From an uncultured archaeon (GTDB lineage Archaea; Micrarchaeota; Micrarchaeia; Micrarchaeales; CABMGC01), in NCBI GenBank assembly GCA_963704435.1, contig OY969902.1, positions 570,001 to 602,000 on the forward strand: a stretch of DNA of 32,000 nucleotides, in the 5' to 3' direction. The notes under the pieces are model-generated. The model worked only from the letters and a program-made list of their open reading frames with translations, was not told the origin of the DNA and did no database searches. Of this stretch, positions 7,582 through 15,958 are shown piece after piece. The position numbers and the translations under genes are program-made. Numbering within the stretch: position 1 is the first letter of the stretch; the number at the start of each line of letters is the position of its first letter.

Positions 7582-8442
7582 CTATACCAACATCAGGAGT
7601 ACAACGTTGCCGAACAGGAGCGCTATGACCACACCTGCAAGCATGAAGGCGGCAAGCGGCGCAGCGCTGGAGTAGGCAAGCACCTCGTCCTTCGCCCCCT
7701 GCGCTTCAATCGCCAGCTTCCCGGTGACCAGCTTTCCAAAGCTCCTGTATTTCCTGGACAGGCGCTTCACATCGACCTTGCCCATGAGTCCCGTCGCTAT
7801 CATGTCGCCCTCCGCGAGCCGCCCGAGCGGAGTGGGCTGTATCATCCTCGCGGTTATCTTCTCCTCGAAAACTAGGATTATTACGGAAGGGACAGCCACC
7901 AGGATTATCAGGGCGATGCTCTCGAGCGCAAACCCATACAGGTAATAGACCATGAGCAGCAGCGCTGCGTAGAGCGCAGCTAGCGTCACCCCCATGAAGA
8001 CGTGGCGCACATTGACCTTCGATTCCCAGTCCGTTTTCTTCTTGAATATCAGGTAATAGGGAGGGACGACCCAGACCGCGACCAGGCCCGTCGCGATGAA
8101 TACCGAGAGGACGAATGGCAGCCCGAACTGCCCCACAGCCACCAGCAGCGGCTGCGGCTGCACCGGAAGCAGAAGGCTTATCGCCACCAGCGCGAAGAAG
8201 TCGCCCGCACCCCACAGCCCCATCCGGTATATCGCGTAACCGAGCGCTCCGACTATTAGCGCGATCGCGAAGCTGTATGCGGCGCCGCCGGAGTCGAAGG
8301 CGAGGGTCATGGCAACTCCGATTGCGATGCTCGCATATGCGAAGACGTCGGGCACGTTGCGGTCGTTGAAGAGGTCGAACGACGCGTAGAGCACGGTTAT
8401 TATCGCAAGGACGAGCAGCTGTATCGAGAAAGCTACCGACAT
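7582..8442 (-). CDS. A24-family aspartic peptidase (type IV prepilin / preflagellin peptidase-like) with C-terminal extension
   Basis: Polytopic membrane protein. First Asp motif FDLFNDRNVPD, second GLWGAGDFFAL (GxGD). I prefer the start at 8442 (MSVAFSIQLL..) because a TATA-like TTTTAAAG lies 23 nt upstream. The alternative upstream ATG is at 8505. Confidence 0.8.
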   Translation of the reverse strand: MSVAFSIQLLVLAIITVLYASFDLFNDRNVPDVFAYASIAIGVAMTLAFDSGGAAYSFAIALIVGALGYAIYRMGLWGAGDFFALVAISLLLPVQPQPLLVAVGQFGLPFVLSVFIATGLVAVWVVPPYYLIFKKKTDWESKVNVRHVFMGVTLAALYAALLLMVYYLYGFALESIALIILVAVPSVIILVFEEKITARMIQPTPLGRLAEGDMIATGLMGKVDVKRLSRKYRSFGKLVTGKLAIEAQGAKDEVLAYSSAAPLAAFMLAGVVIALLFGNVVLLMLV

Positions 8443-8465
8443 AATGACCCATTTTAGTACAAAAG

Positions 8466-8473
8466 CTTTAAAA
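8466..8473 (-). promoter_or_regulatory. TATA-like box (TTTTAAAG on minus strand) for the A24 peptidase
   Basis: 23 nt upstream of the ATG at 8442. Confidence 0.4.
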
Positions 8474-8543
8474 CCTTTAACAAAGAAGGGAAGTACGACA
8501 GACATGCAGGGTCAAGGCAATAGCATAGGCGGAATCTTTTCCT

Positions 8544-8557
8544 CATGGCTAGCCATG
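8544..8557. repeat. 14-bp perfect palindrome CATGGCTAGCCATG in the divergent intergenic region
   Basis: The sequence is its own reverse complement. It lies between the peptidase start and the wHTH gene start (8648). An operator role is only a guess. Confidence 0.85.
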
Positions 8558-8647
8558 CACATGCCTCTGACGGTTAAGTTCTACTGCATCAACAGGATAA
8601 GGCCCGCTGCATAAGGGCGCACATAAATCTCCTTTCTGGGTGCTCTC

Positions 8648-9007
8648 ATGCAAGCGGGTATTAGATATAGCGATGCTCTTTTCGGGTTCCGGCTCAGCGA
8701 CAAGGCCGTGATGATCGTCGCTGAGATAGGGCTCGATGAGATAGCCACGGCAACGAGCTTCATAGAGTACTTCTGCTCGAAATACGGCATGTCGAAGAGC
8801 GGCGCGTGGTACTGCCTGAAGAAATTGAAGAAGGCGGGAATCGTCTCGTTCACCGAGAAGGGAGAGCAGTACACTCCGCTCAGCCTGACCGAGAAGGGCG
8901 TTGAGCTGTTCAGGCAGTTCAGAAGCATCACCGCCCGCGATGGCGTAGCAATCCGCCCGCAAGTCTTGGCAGCAGGCGTAGCGGCGCCGTCAGGTGGATA
9001 CGCTTAA
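8648..9007 (+). CDS. Winged-helix (MarR/ArsR-like) DNA-binding protein
   Basis: 119 aa. Helix-turn-helix plus wing pattern SKYGMSKSGAWYCLKKLKKAGIVSFTEKGEQYTPLSLTEKGVELFRQF. Host-like codon usage. Confidence 0.6.
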   Translation: MQAGIRYSDALFGFRLSDKAVMIVAEIGLDEIATATSFIEYFCSKYGMSKSGAWYCLKKLKKAGIVSFTEKGEQYTPLSLTEKGVELFRQFRSITARDGVAIRPQVLAAGVAAPSGGYA

Positions 9008-9010
9008 GAG

Positions 9011-9373
9011 GTGACCAAAATGGATGGTGGAGGAATAGAGGTGGTGAAAGAGGTCGGCGGCAACGCCGTCCGGAATAACGGCGGCTATGCGATTGGGAAT
9101 CAGGTTCCGGAGCTCATTGCAGCGCAGGCCGCACCAAAGACAGATTATAACAAGGAAACGTACTTGAGATCCGCCCTGCTCGCGCAGAGAGGCGCTCACC
9201 GCTGCTGGGACTGCGGCTGCGACCTAGACAAGCGCAACATGGACGTCATGATTCGTGACATCACCGACGGCACCACCTGCGTCAATGTTCGCTGCCGTTA
9301 TGTGTGCGACCAGTGCGCTGAGGAGGAAAGGCAGAAGGGCTGCACGGTCCTGATAAGGAAGGGGAACGATTGA
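9011..9373 (+). CDS. Cys-rich (zinc-ribbon-like) hypothetical protein
   Basis: 120 aa, GTG start 4 nt after the preceding stop. Cys cluster HRCWDCGC...CVNVRCRYVCDQC. Gly/Asn-rich N-terminus. Confidence 0.5.
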   Translation: MTKMDGGGIEVVKEVGGNAVRNNGGYAIGNQVPELIAAQAAPKTDYNKETYLRSALLAQRGAHRCWDCGCDLDKRNMDVMIRDITDGTTCVNVRCRYVCDQCAEEERQKGCTVLIRKGND

Positions 9374-9604
9374 ATGGCCGAGCCAACGCAGGTGAAGGGT
9401 TACCTATTGAAGGTCAACATGAGGAGTGCCGACGCGCTCATGGAAGTCATAAGAAGCATCGAAGAGCTCGGCCCTGCCATTGAGTGCCGCATCCAACCGT
9501 CTCCCAACAATCCTTGCGTCCTGCATGTGATTGTGGAGCAAGTCAGGCGCGACCCCGAGCCTAAGTCCCCGCCGATGTCCAGCGATGCCCAGATCGATCA
9601 TTAA
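9374..9604 (+). CDS. Small hypothetical protein
   Basis: 76 aa. The ATG directly abuts the preceding TGA, which suggests an operon. I recognise no family. Confidence 0.45.
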   Translation: MAEPTQVKGYLLKVNMRSADALMEVIRSIEELGPAIECRIQPSPNNPCVLHVIVEQVRRDPEPKSPPMSSDAQIDH

Positions 9605-9656
9605 TGCGCAGCGATAACTTGCCTCTCAATTATTACGGAACCGCGCAGAGCAAGCC

Positions 9657-9664
9657 ACTTTAAG
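9657..9664 (+). promoter_or_regulatory. TATA-like box (ACTTTAAG) for ilvE
   Basis: 21 nt upstream of the ATG at 9686. Confidence 0.4.
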
Positions 9665-9685
9665 TTTTCTTTCTCATATTTGGGC

Positions 9686-10597
9686 ATGGCAGGCAAGCGC
9701 TACATCTGGTTCGACGGCAAGTTCGTGGACTTCAGCAAGGCGAATGTCCATGTGCTCACACATTCGCTGCAGTACGGCAGCGGGATATTCGAGGGAATAA
9801 GGGCATACGAGGCCGACCGCGGCGCGTCGGTCTTCAGGCTGCGCGACCACGCGAAGAGGTTCATGAACAGCGCCAAGACTTACCGGATGGGTGTGGGTAT
9901 TGGCGTAGGAGAGTTCGAGGAAGCTGTAGTCTCTACGATAGCGAAGAACAGATTGAGTGCGTGCTACGTGCGACCGTTCGCTTTCTATAACGACAATCGC
10001 ATAGGCGTTAATCCTGCAGGACACAAAGTGAGTATGATAATCGCGGCCATTCCATTCGGCAACTATTTCCAGAACAAGGACAAGGGAATATCCTGCAACG
10101 TGTCATCATGGCGCAGGATTAATTCGACGACACTCCCGCCGCAGGCGAAGGCTAGCGGGAACTACCTCAACTCGGTCCTGGCTTCGCTCGAGGCGAGGAG
10201 CACGGGCGCCGATGAGGCCATAATGCTCACGCAGGAGGGGCATGTGGCGGAAGGATCGGGAGAGAACGTCTTCCTCGTCGAGGACGGCATCCTTGTCACC
10301 CCTTCCATAGGATCCGACATCCTCCCAGGCATAACGCGAGACACGGTGATCAAGCTGGCGGAGAGTCTCGGCATAGAGGTCGAGGAGCGCAATGTGCACA
10401 GGGAGGAGCTATACACAAGCAGCGAGGTGTTCTTCACTGGCACCGCTGCGGAGATAACCTCCATAGCCAAGATAGATTCGAGGCCCGTAGGGAACGGCAA
10501 GCCGGGTCCGATGGCGAAGCTGCTGGGCGATAGCTACTACGATGCCGTTCGTGGGAAGAATAAGGAGTATGAGGGCTGGCTGACCTACGTGAAATAG
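9686..10597 (+). CDS. ilvE: Branched-chain amino acid aminotransferase (fold-type IV PLP enzyme)
   Basis: 303 aa from the ATG at 9686. IWFDGKFV..A.VHVLTHSLQYGSGIFEGIRAY, GNYLNSVLA, EGSGENVFLV and FFTGTAAEITSI are typical IlvE blocks. Confidence 0.9.
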   Translation: MAGKRYIWFDGKFVDFSKANVHVLTHSLQYGSGIFEGIRAYEADRGASVFRLRDHAKRFMNSAKTYRMGVGIGVGEFEEAVVSTIAKNRLSACYVRPFAFYNDNRIGVNPAGHKVSMIIAAIPFGNYFQNKDKGISCNVSSWRRINSTTLPPQAKASGNYLNSVLASLEARSTGADEAIMLTQEGHVAEGSGENVFLVEDGILVTPSIGSDILPGITRDTVIKLAESLGIEVEERNVHREELYTSSEVFFTGTAAEITSIAKIDSRPVGNGKPGPMAKLLGDSYYDAVRGKNKEYEGWLTYVK

Positions 10598-10599
10598 GT

Positions 10600-10962
10600 T
10601 CACAGCAGCTTCAGCGTGGCGGTGTAGCGGTCTATCTCATCGCTTTTCCAGGGCCCCACACCCAGTGCAGTCGTCGTCCCCGGAGGCAGCTGCGTCATGC
10701 CCGCGTCATTGACGATCGCGCACGGCACCTTCTTGAACTTGAAAGCGGAATGGAGCTTCAGCAGCAGCTCCTCGCTCTCTATCTTAAGGACGATTTTCTT
10801 CTGTCCCTCGTCGAGCCATTCCTTTGCGATATCAGGATCGGTCTTCTCAGCAATCAAGTAGCTCATCAAGGATGCGTGTGCGACCTGGGCAGCGAGCTTT
10901 CCAGTGCCCATTTTCAGGTCCTTCCTAGTGATTATTACCTGCTTTATCTCCGTTCGAGGCAT
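10600..10962 (-). CDS. pth: Peptidyl-tRNA hydrolase, archaeal type (Pth2)
   Basis: 120 aa. KQVIITRKDLKMGTGKLAAQVAHASL and DAGMTQLPPGTTTALGVGP are Pth2 signatures. Confidence 0.92.
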   Translation of the reverse strand: MPRTEIKQVIITRKDLKMGTGKLAAQVAHASLMSYLIAEKTDPDIAKEWLDEGQKKIVLKIESEELLLKLHSAFKFKKVPCAIVNDAGMTQLPPGTTTALGVGPWKSDEIDRYTATLKLL

Positions 10963-10989
10963 TAGTATGCTTCTGATGCAAGTATTTTA

Positions 10990-11682
10990 TTACTTCACGC
11001 GCACAAGTTGTGGGCTGGCCTTTTGCGGCGCACTCCCATCCCGGAACAAGCTGCCTTCCGCGAACGGGCTGGAAAGGCGCTTTTCTACATTGTCCGTCGC
11101 GGCAAGCAATGCATCAAATGTCAGTTCGGCCCTGATGACTGGAGGGTACGGGCCGATACAGTTTTGTGGACCTATCCCCAAAACATATTGCTTCTGCAAT
11201 CCGCTCCGTATGAACTGCCATGCCTGATAAAAGCTATCGTCACCGTGTATGACTACCTTACCGGGATTCCTTCTCTGAAACTCTTGCACTCCTGCGGCCT
11301 TATTTGCGGCGTGGATAATCCGCACATCGCGAATTTCGTTGTCGCGCAGGATTTCCTTTATTATGTCCGTACCGTTGCCCGAGGTCATTATGATTACTTT
11401 ATCTCTTTTGTCCTCATTGCCTCGGTAATAGTAATGCTTTACTAGGCGCAAGACTTCTTGGTTCACCAGAATGTCTCTCGCAGTATGCCCCTGTTTCTTT
11501 TCCACGCCACTTTGTAGCCACTCTGATCCATCACAAAGACGGAATATGCCATTGGTGGCGACTGTTTTTAAAGGCTCAGGCAGCTTATCTAGCATAAGGT
11601 ATTTTTGCACAAGCACATGGGTTCCAAACAGGAATCCGTGGGCATCGAAGGAATGCACAAACTCCATTCCGAAATCCGCCAT
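10990..11682 (-). CDS. Hypothetical protein with atypical codon usage; possible Rossmann-like/NYN-like or SLOG-like fold (very tentative)
   Basis: 230 aa from the Met at 11682. A TATA-like ATTAAAAA lies 23 nt upstream; the track start at 11727 would leave only 27 nt to priS. Visibly lower GC3 (AAA, TTA, GAT codons) than the flanking genes. Segment DKVIIMTSGNGTDIIKEIL..VRIIHAANKAAG. Confidence 0.55.
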   Translation of the reverse strand: MADFGMEFVHSFDAHGFLFGTHVLVQKYLMLDKLPEPLKTVATNGIFRLCDGSEWLQSGVEKKQGHTARDILVNQEVLRLVKHYYYRGNEDKRDKVIIMTSGNGTDIIKEILRDNEIRDVRIIHAANKAAGVQEFQRRNPGKVVIHGDDSFYQAWQFIRSGLQKQYVLGIGPQNCIGPYPPVIRAELTFDALLAATDNVEKRLSSPFAEGSLFRDGSAPQKASPQLVRVK

Positions 11683-11705
11683 GGGCTCTATTGTGTGCGT
11701 GCTCC

Positions 11706-11713
11706 TTTTTAAT
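11706..11713 (-). promoter_or_regulatory. TATA-like box (ATTAAAAA on minus strand) for the 11682 ORF
   Basis: 23 nt upstream of the ATG at 11682. Confidence 0.35.
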
Positions 11714-11754
11714 GCCTTTTGAGCCATACTTTAATCGTCTAAGTGGGTTGACAT

Positions 11755-12906
11755 ATGTCGAACGTGCAGGGCAGGCGGGTAGTCACTGAACTGATAAGGG
11801 CCTACTACAGGTCGCAGCCGCCCCCCGCTCCGTACAAGACAGAGCAGCGCGAGTTCGGCTTCGGAAATTTCGACGACAAGGTCGCGTTCAGGCACGTCGC
11901 TTTCAAGAGCGATTCAGATTTGAAGAAGTACATTGTCGACACCGCGCCAGCGTTCGTCGACGCAAGCACTGCGTATTACAAGCTCCCCGACGCGCGTCCG
12001 ATGCCTCGGAAGGAGTGGCTCGGCTCCGACCTGGGCTTCGACATAGACGCCACCGACATACCGACCAAATGCAAGCTCATCCACGGCACCGGCTGGGTGT
12101 GCGGCGAGTGCCTCGACGCTGCGAAGGCGGAGACCGTGAAGCTGGTCGCAGATTTCCTGATGGGAGATTTCGGCTTCACCGAGAAGGAGGCGGAGATAAA
12201 CTTCAGCGGAAACAGGGGCTACCACGTCCACGTCAGGTCGGAGAGCGTATTGCATCTTGACGCAGAGTCGCGCAGCGAGATAAGCGGCTACATACGCGGC
12301 AGCGGAATCGTGATGAAGAACCTATTCCCCAGCCTCGGCGAGAGGGGCAAGCAACTCATCGGTCCGAAGCTCTCGGACAGGGGCTGGTATGGAAGGATAG
12401 CCAGGGGATATATCGCGGCACTGGAGTCCACAGAAAATCTTGCATCGCTAGGATTGGATCCTGCACTAGCGCGCCGTATGCACGAGAAGCGCGGTCTCAT
12501 CGCGCTAGGCATAGGGAACGGCAACTGGGACATGGTGAGGATACCCAAGAAGGACGAGGTCGTGCCCAGGATCGTGGAGTCTGTGATAGCGAGCAGGAAC
12601 GCTAGGATAGACGAGAACGTCACCAAGGATCCGTCACACCTCATGCGCCTGCCGAACACCATACACAGCGGCACGGGTCTCGTCGCGAAGAAGATACCCT
12701 CGCTGTCCGCCCTCGAGAAGTTCAACCCAATGGACGACGCCATCGCATTCAAGTCGGGCGAGCTGAAGGTGTCCGCCAACTCGAAATTCGCCGTCACCAT
12801 GAACGGGAAGGAGTTCGGGCCCTTCGAAAATGAGACGGTCACGCTTCCCACCTACGTGGCAACATATTTATATTTAAAAGGCGTAGCAGACATACTAAGC
12901 AGCTAA
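11755..12906 (+). CDS. priS: DNA primase small (catalytic) subunit PriS
   Basis: 383 aa. EREFGFG..., catalytic DLGFDIDATD, Zn motif CKLIHGTGWVCGEC, and FSGNRGYHVHV. Confidence 0.9.
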   Translation: MSNVQGRRVVTELIRAYYRSQPPPAPYKTEQREFGFGNFDDKVAFRHVAFKSDSDLKKYIVDTAPAFVDASTAYYKLPDARPMPRKEWLGSDLGFDIDATDIPTKCKLIHGTGWVCGECLDAAKAETVKLVADFLMGDFGFTEKEAEINFSGNRGYHVHVRSESVLHLDAESRSEISGYIRGSGIVMKNLFPSLGERGKQLIGPKLSDRGWYGRIARGYIAALESTENLASLGLDPALARRMHEKRGLIALGIGNGNWDMVRIPKKDEVVPRIVESVIASRNARIDENVTKDPSHLMRLPNTIHSGTGLVAKKIPSLSALEKFNPMDDAIAFKSGELKVSANSKFAVTMNGKEFGPFENETVTLPTYVATYLYLKGVADILSS

Positions 12907-12947
12907 CTTCCGTCTCAAACACAGATTCCTGCTTCAAAGGTGCGCAA

Positions 12948-13523
12948 ATGAATTCATACAAACACATCTCAGTATCTTTTCAAAAGGAGTACGCCGAGAG
13001 GCCCCAGATCCTCAAGGACAGGCTGGTCCTGTGGAGGCGCGAGCCCGCGGTGGTAAGGCTGGAGAGGCCGACCAACATCGCCAGGGCGAGGTCGCTCGGG
13101 TACAGGTCGAAGCAGGGCGTCACGGTCGCAAGGGTCAAGGTGGCGCGCGGGCTGAGCAAGAGGCCGAAGCCTCACAGGGGAAGGAAGCCGTCGAAGTACG
13201 GAAGGTTCTTCTCGTTCAGGAAGTCCCTGCAGTCGAGGGCCGAGGACCGCGCCGCCAGGAAGTTCTCCAACTGCGAAGTGCTCAACTCATATTATGTAGG
13301 GGAGGACGGAACGAACAAGTTCTTCGAGGTTATACTCCTGGACAGGGCGCACCCCGCGGTGGCCAACGACAGGAGATACGCTGGCGTAATCAACCAGACC
13401 GGCAGGGTCTACAGGGGATTGACGAGTTCCGGGAAGCACCACAGGGGAATAATCAGGAAGGGCTTCGGGACCAACCTCAACAGGCCTAGCGTCAGGCAGG
13501 GCCAGAGGGCAATAAAGGCATAG
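12948..13523 (+). CDS. rpl15e: 50S ribosomal protein L15e
   Basis: 191 aa. LWRREPAVVRLERPTNIARARSLGYRSKQGVTVARVKVARG is a typical L15e block. Confidence 0.95.
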   Translation: MNSYKHISVSFQKEYAERPQILKDRLVLWRREPAVVRLERPTNIARARSLGYRSKQGVTVARVKVARGLSKRPKPHRGRKPSKYGRFFSFRKSLQSRAEDRAARKFSNCEVLNSYYVGEDGTNKFFEVILLDRAHPAVANDRRYAGVINQTGRVYRGLTSSGKHHRGIIRKGFGTNLNRPSVRQGQRAIKA

Positions 13524-13591
13524 GTGTTCGCCTGCCGAGCGCAAGACTGCGTATAGAGCTCGGGAAAAGCGCACGCGACTACCTCAGGATA

Positions 13592-13789
13592 ATGGACAAG
13601 AGGGCGGACTACAAGAGGAGCAGGGTCCATTACAAGTCCGGAAAGGGTGCGATAGAGATAAGCGTCACCGCTTCTGATTCCGTCGCGCTGCTGGCTTCGC
13701 TCACGAGCACCATAAAGCAGTTGAGGATAATCGCGGACATCGACAACACCACGGCAAAGCTTGCCGGGCAAGGGCGTCGCAGAGCGTGA
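13592..13789 (+). CDS. KEOPS Pcc1-like protein; the true start is probably upstream of the first ATG
   Basis: The 65-aa ATG-started ORF contains a Pcc1-like beta-strand plus helix (IEISVTASDSVALLASLTSTIKQLRIIADI). The in-frame upstream sequence (..ARLRIELGKSARDYLRI) looks like the missing first strand. No ATG, GTG or TTG precedes it back to the stop at 13487-13489. Confidence 0.55.
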   Translation: MDKRADYKRSRVHYKSGKGAIEISVTASDSVALLASLTSTIKQLRIIADIDNTTAKLAGQGRRRA

Positions 13790-13843
13790 TTTCCCTCCTC
13801 CCGCGCTTCATCCTTTGAGGTTTCCCCTATTCACAAGGAAAGG

Positions 13844-13859
13844 GATATAAATATAAAAG
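13844..13859 (+). promoter_or_regulatory. TATA-like element (GATATAAATATAAAAG) upstream of the L3 operon
   Basis: Strongly AT-rich element in the 127-nt spacer before rpl3 (ATG at 13917). Confidence 0.4.
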
Positions 13860-13916
13860 GGTCCAAAGTAAGTTTACTAAGGAAGTCTTATCTTTCTCTT
13901 TTAGCAAGGTCTGTAC

Positions 13917-14879
13917 ATGAGAAAAGGCTCACTAGCATATTGGCCCCACAGGAGGGCACGGAAGCTGTTGCCCCGGATGCGAACCAGTCCGAAGCTAGCC
14001 GAGCCGTCCTTCTCGTCGCTGCTCGCGTTCAAGGTCGGCATGACCCACGTGGGCATAACCGACGTCTCGGAGTCCCCGTCGAAGGGCCAGGAGGTGTCCA
14101 GGGCCACGACGGCGGTGGTGTTCCCCAAGACGTTCATCTATGGCATAAGGTTCTACAGCAGGCAGTACATCTACAAGCAGCCGTCCGTCACAGTGTACGA
14201 CAAGGCGCTCGCGCAGCGCGTCGGGATAAAGAACGCGAAGAACACGAGCATAGAATCCGTGAAGAAGGATCTCGCGAGCTTCGAGGACGCGACCGCGCTA
14301 GCATTCGCGGACCCCTCGGTCCTGAAGATGGGGTTCAAGCATCTGACTAGGTTCGAGATTCCCGTCGGGGGAAACACCGTGGAGGAGAAGGTCTCTTTCC
14401 TGGAGAAATGGCTTGGCAAGGAGATGAAGCCCGGCGACGTGCTCAAGGCCGGAGAGTTCGCGGACGTCATCTCGATATCGAAGGGCAAGGGCTGGGCCGG
14501 AGTCATAAAGCGTTTCGGAGTGGCCAGGCAGTACCACAAGGCGACCGGGAAGGTAAGGCACGTAGGCACGCTCGGCGCGTGGCACCCGCCCAAGGTGCTG
14601 TTCTCTGTGCCGATGGCAGGCCACATGGGCTACAATTACAGGACGGAGTTCAACAAGAGGATACTCAAGATGGGCGCGGCGCAGGAGGCTGCCGAATTCA
14701 CCACGCGCGGGGGATTCCTGCATTTCGGCAACATGAACGGAGACTTCGCCCTTCTCGACGGCTCGATCCCAGGCTCAGCGAAGAGGCTGCTGAGGATCAG
14801 GAGGGCGCTCAGGCCGGTCAGGAAGCCGGTGGAGCAGAAGCTGACGTTCGTTTCGACCGCGTCGAAGCAGGGTGCATGA
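13917..14879 (+). CDS. rpl3: 50S ribosomal protein L3
   Basis: 320 aa. RKGSLAYWPHRRA..FKVGMTHV and GKGWAGVIKRFG are L3 blocks. Confidence 0.97.
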   Translation: MRKGSLAYWPHRRARKLLPRMRTSPKLAEPSFSSLLAFKVGMTHVGITDVSESPSKGQEVSRATTAVVFPKTFIYGIRFYSRQYIYKQPSVTVYDKALAQRVGIKNAKNTSIESVKKDLASFEDATALAFADPSVLKMGFKHLTRFEIPVGGNTVEEKVSFLEKWLGKEMKPGDVLKAGEFADVISISKGKGWAGVIKRFGVARQYHKATGKVRHVGTLGAWHPPKVLFSVPMAGHMGYNYRTEFNKRILKMGAAQEAAEFTTRGGFLHFGNMNGDFALLDGSIPGSAKRLLRIRRALRPVRKPVEQKLTFVSTASKQGA

Positions 14880-15694
14880 TCATGCAGGCTAGCGTTCACG
14901 GAATCGACGGGAAGGCGGGGAAGAAGATAGCCCTGCCCGGCATCTTCGAGAAGGAGTACCGCGTCGACCTGGTGAGGAGGGCGCTGCTAGCCGACCAGAG
15001 CACCAAGTTCCAGCCGCAGGGCCATTACCTGCTCGCGGGAATGCAGACCACGGCGGTCTACGTCGGCAGGTATTCCGTTTACAGGACTGGTAGGCACATA
15101 GGAAAGGCGATACGGCCGAGGCAGAAGCTCGCGAAGGGCGCCATGGGAGACGTCAGGCGCATACCTTCCGCGGTGAAGGGAAAGAGGGCGCACCCCCACA
15201 AGATAGAGAAGACGCTGGTGGAGCGGATAAACCGCAAGGAGTACGCGCGCGCGCTGGAGAGCGCAGTGGCCGCGACCGCGAATCCCGAGCTCATAAAGAA
15301 AAACCACTCCTATCGCGGCGCCGAGCTCCCGATCGTCGTGTCATCCGATATCGAGAAGGTGGCGAAGACGCAGGAGCTCATGAAGATCCTGGAGGCGCTG
15401 TCGCTCACGGAGGACCTCGACAGGTCGCACTCCCCGAAGCCGAAGGCGGGCCGGAGGAGGAAGGTCCAGCGGAGGTATTTCAGGAACAGCGTGCTCATCG
15501 TGGCGAAGGACGCGGCGCACCTGCGGAAGGCGGGCCGCAACGTCCCGGGCGTCGAGGTCGTGGGCGTCGGGGAGCTGAGCGTCGAGTCGCTGGCGCCGGG
15601 CGCCAACCCGAGGCTGACCGTCTGGTCGGAGGCGGCGATACCTGAGATCGAGGAGAGCGTTTCAAAGGCAAGGCCGAGGCAGCCGGTGTGGTAG
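14876..15694 (+). CDS. rpl4: 50S ribosomal protein L4
   Basis: 272 aa from the ATG at 14876, with an ATGA overlap onto the L3 stop. The upstream 156 codons of the track ORF overlap L3 out of frame and are Arg-rich shadow sequence. Confidence 0.93.
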   Translation: MIMQASVHGIDGKAGKKIALPGIFEKEYRVDLVRRALLADQSTKFQPQGHYLLAGMQTTAVYVGRYSVYRTGRHIGKAIRPRQKLAKGAMGDVRRIPSAVKGKRAHPHKIEKTLVERINRKEYARALESAVAATANPELIKKNHSYRGAELPIVVSSDIEKVAKTQELMKILEALSLTEDLDRSHSPKPKAGRRRKVQRRYFRNSVLIVAKDAAHLRKAGRNVPGVEVVGVGELSVESLAPGANPRLTVWSEAAIPEIEESVSKARPRQPVW

Positions 15695-15695
15695 C

Positions 15696-15947
15696 ATGAG
15701 CGTACTGTTCTATCCCATAGCGACGGAGAAAGCAATAAATATGATAGAGAGAAATAACGTTATCACCTACGTGGTCGACTTCAGGGCTACCAAGCCCCAG
15801 ATCAAGAAGGAGTTCGAGGACGTCTTCAAGGTAAAGGTGGAGAAGGTAAACACGGAGATAGAGCTGGGCACGAGGAAGAGGGCGTTCATAAGGATAGGCA
15901 AGAGCTTCAAGGCCAGCGACATCGCGCTGAAGCTCAAGCTAGTGTGA
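15696..15947 (+). CDS. rpl23: 50S ribosomal protein L23
   Basis: 83 aa. YPIATEKA...FVVD..A.K.QIK..FE..F.VKV..VNT pattern. Confidence 0.95.
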   Translation: MSVLFYPIATEKAINMIERNNVITYVVDFRATKPQIKKEFEDVFKVKVEKVNTEIELGTRKRAFIRIGKSFKASDIALKLKLV

Positions 15948-15958
15948 AGTGAGAATCA

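Noticed and set aside
6166-9680. Possible integrated element bounded by tRNA-Glu and spanning the unknown ORFs up to ilvE.
   Set aside because: There is no integrase or transposase, and I saw no repeat of the tRNA 3' end by eye. The interval contains native-looking core genes (the HTH regulator and the A24 peptidase) with host codon usage.
14408-14875. Upstream extensions of track ORFs: 14408-15694 (L4), 16414-17775 (L22), 26093-26755, 22703-23242, 21773-22618 and 23630-24325.
   Set aside because: The N-terminal portions overlap the preceding gene out of frame and are compositionally aberrant. Internal ATGs at the stop/start junctions give proteins of the expected size and N-termini.
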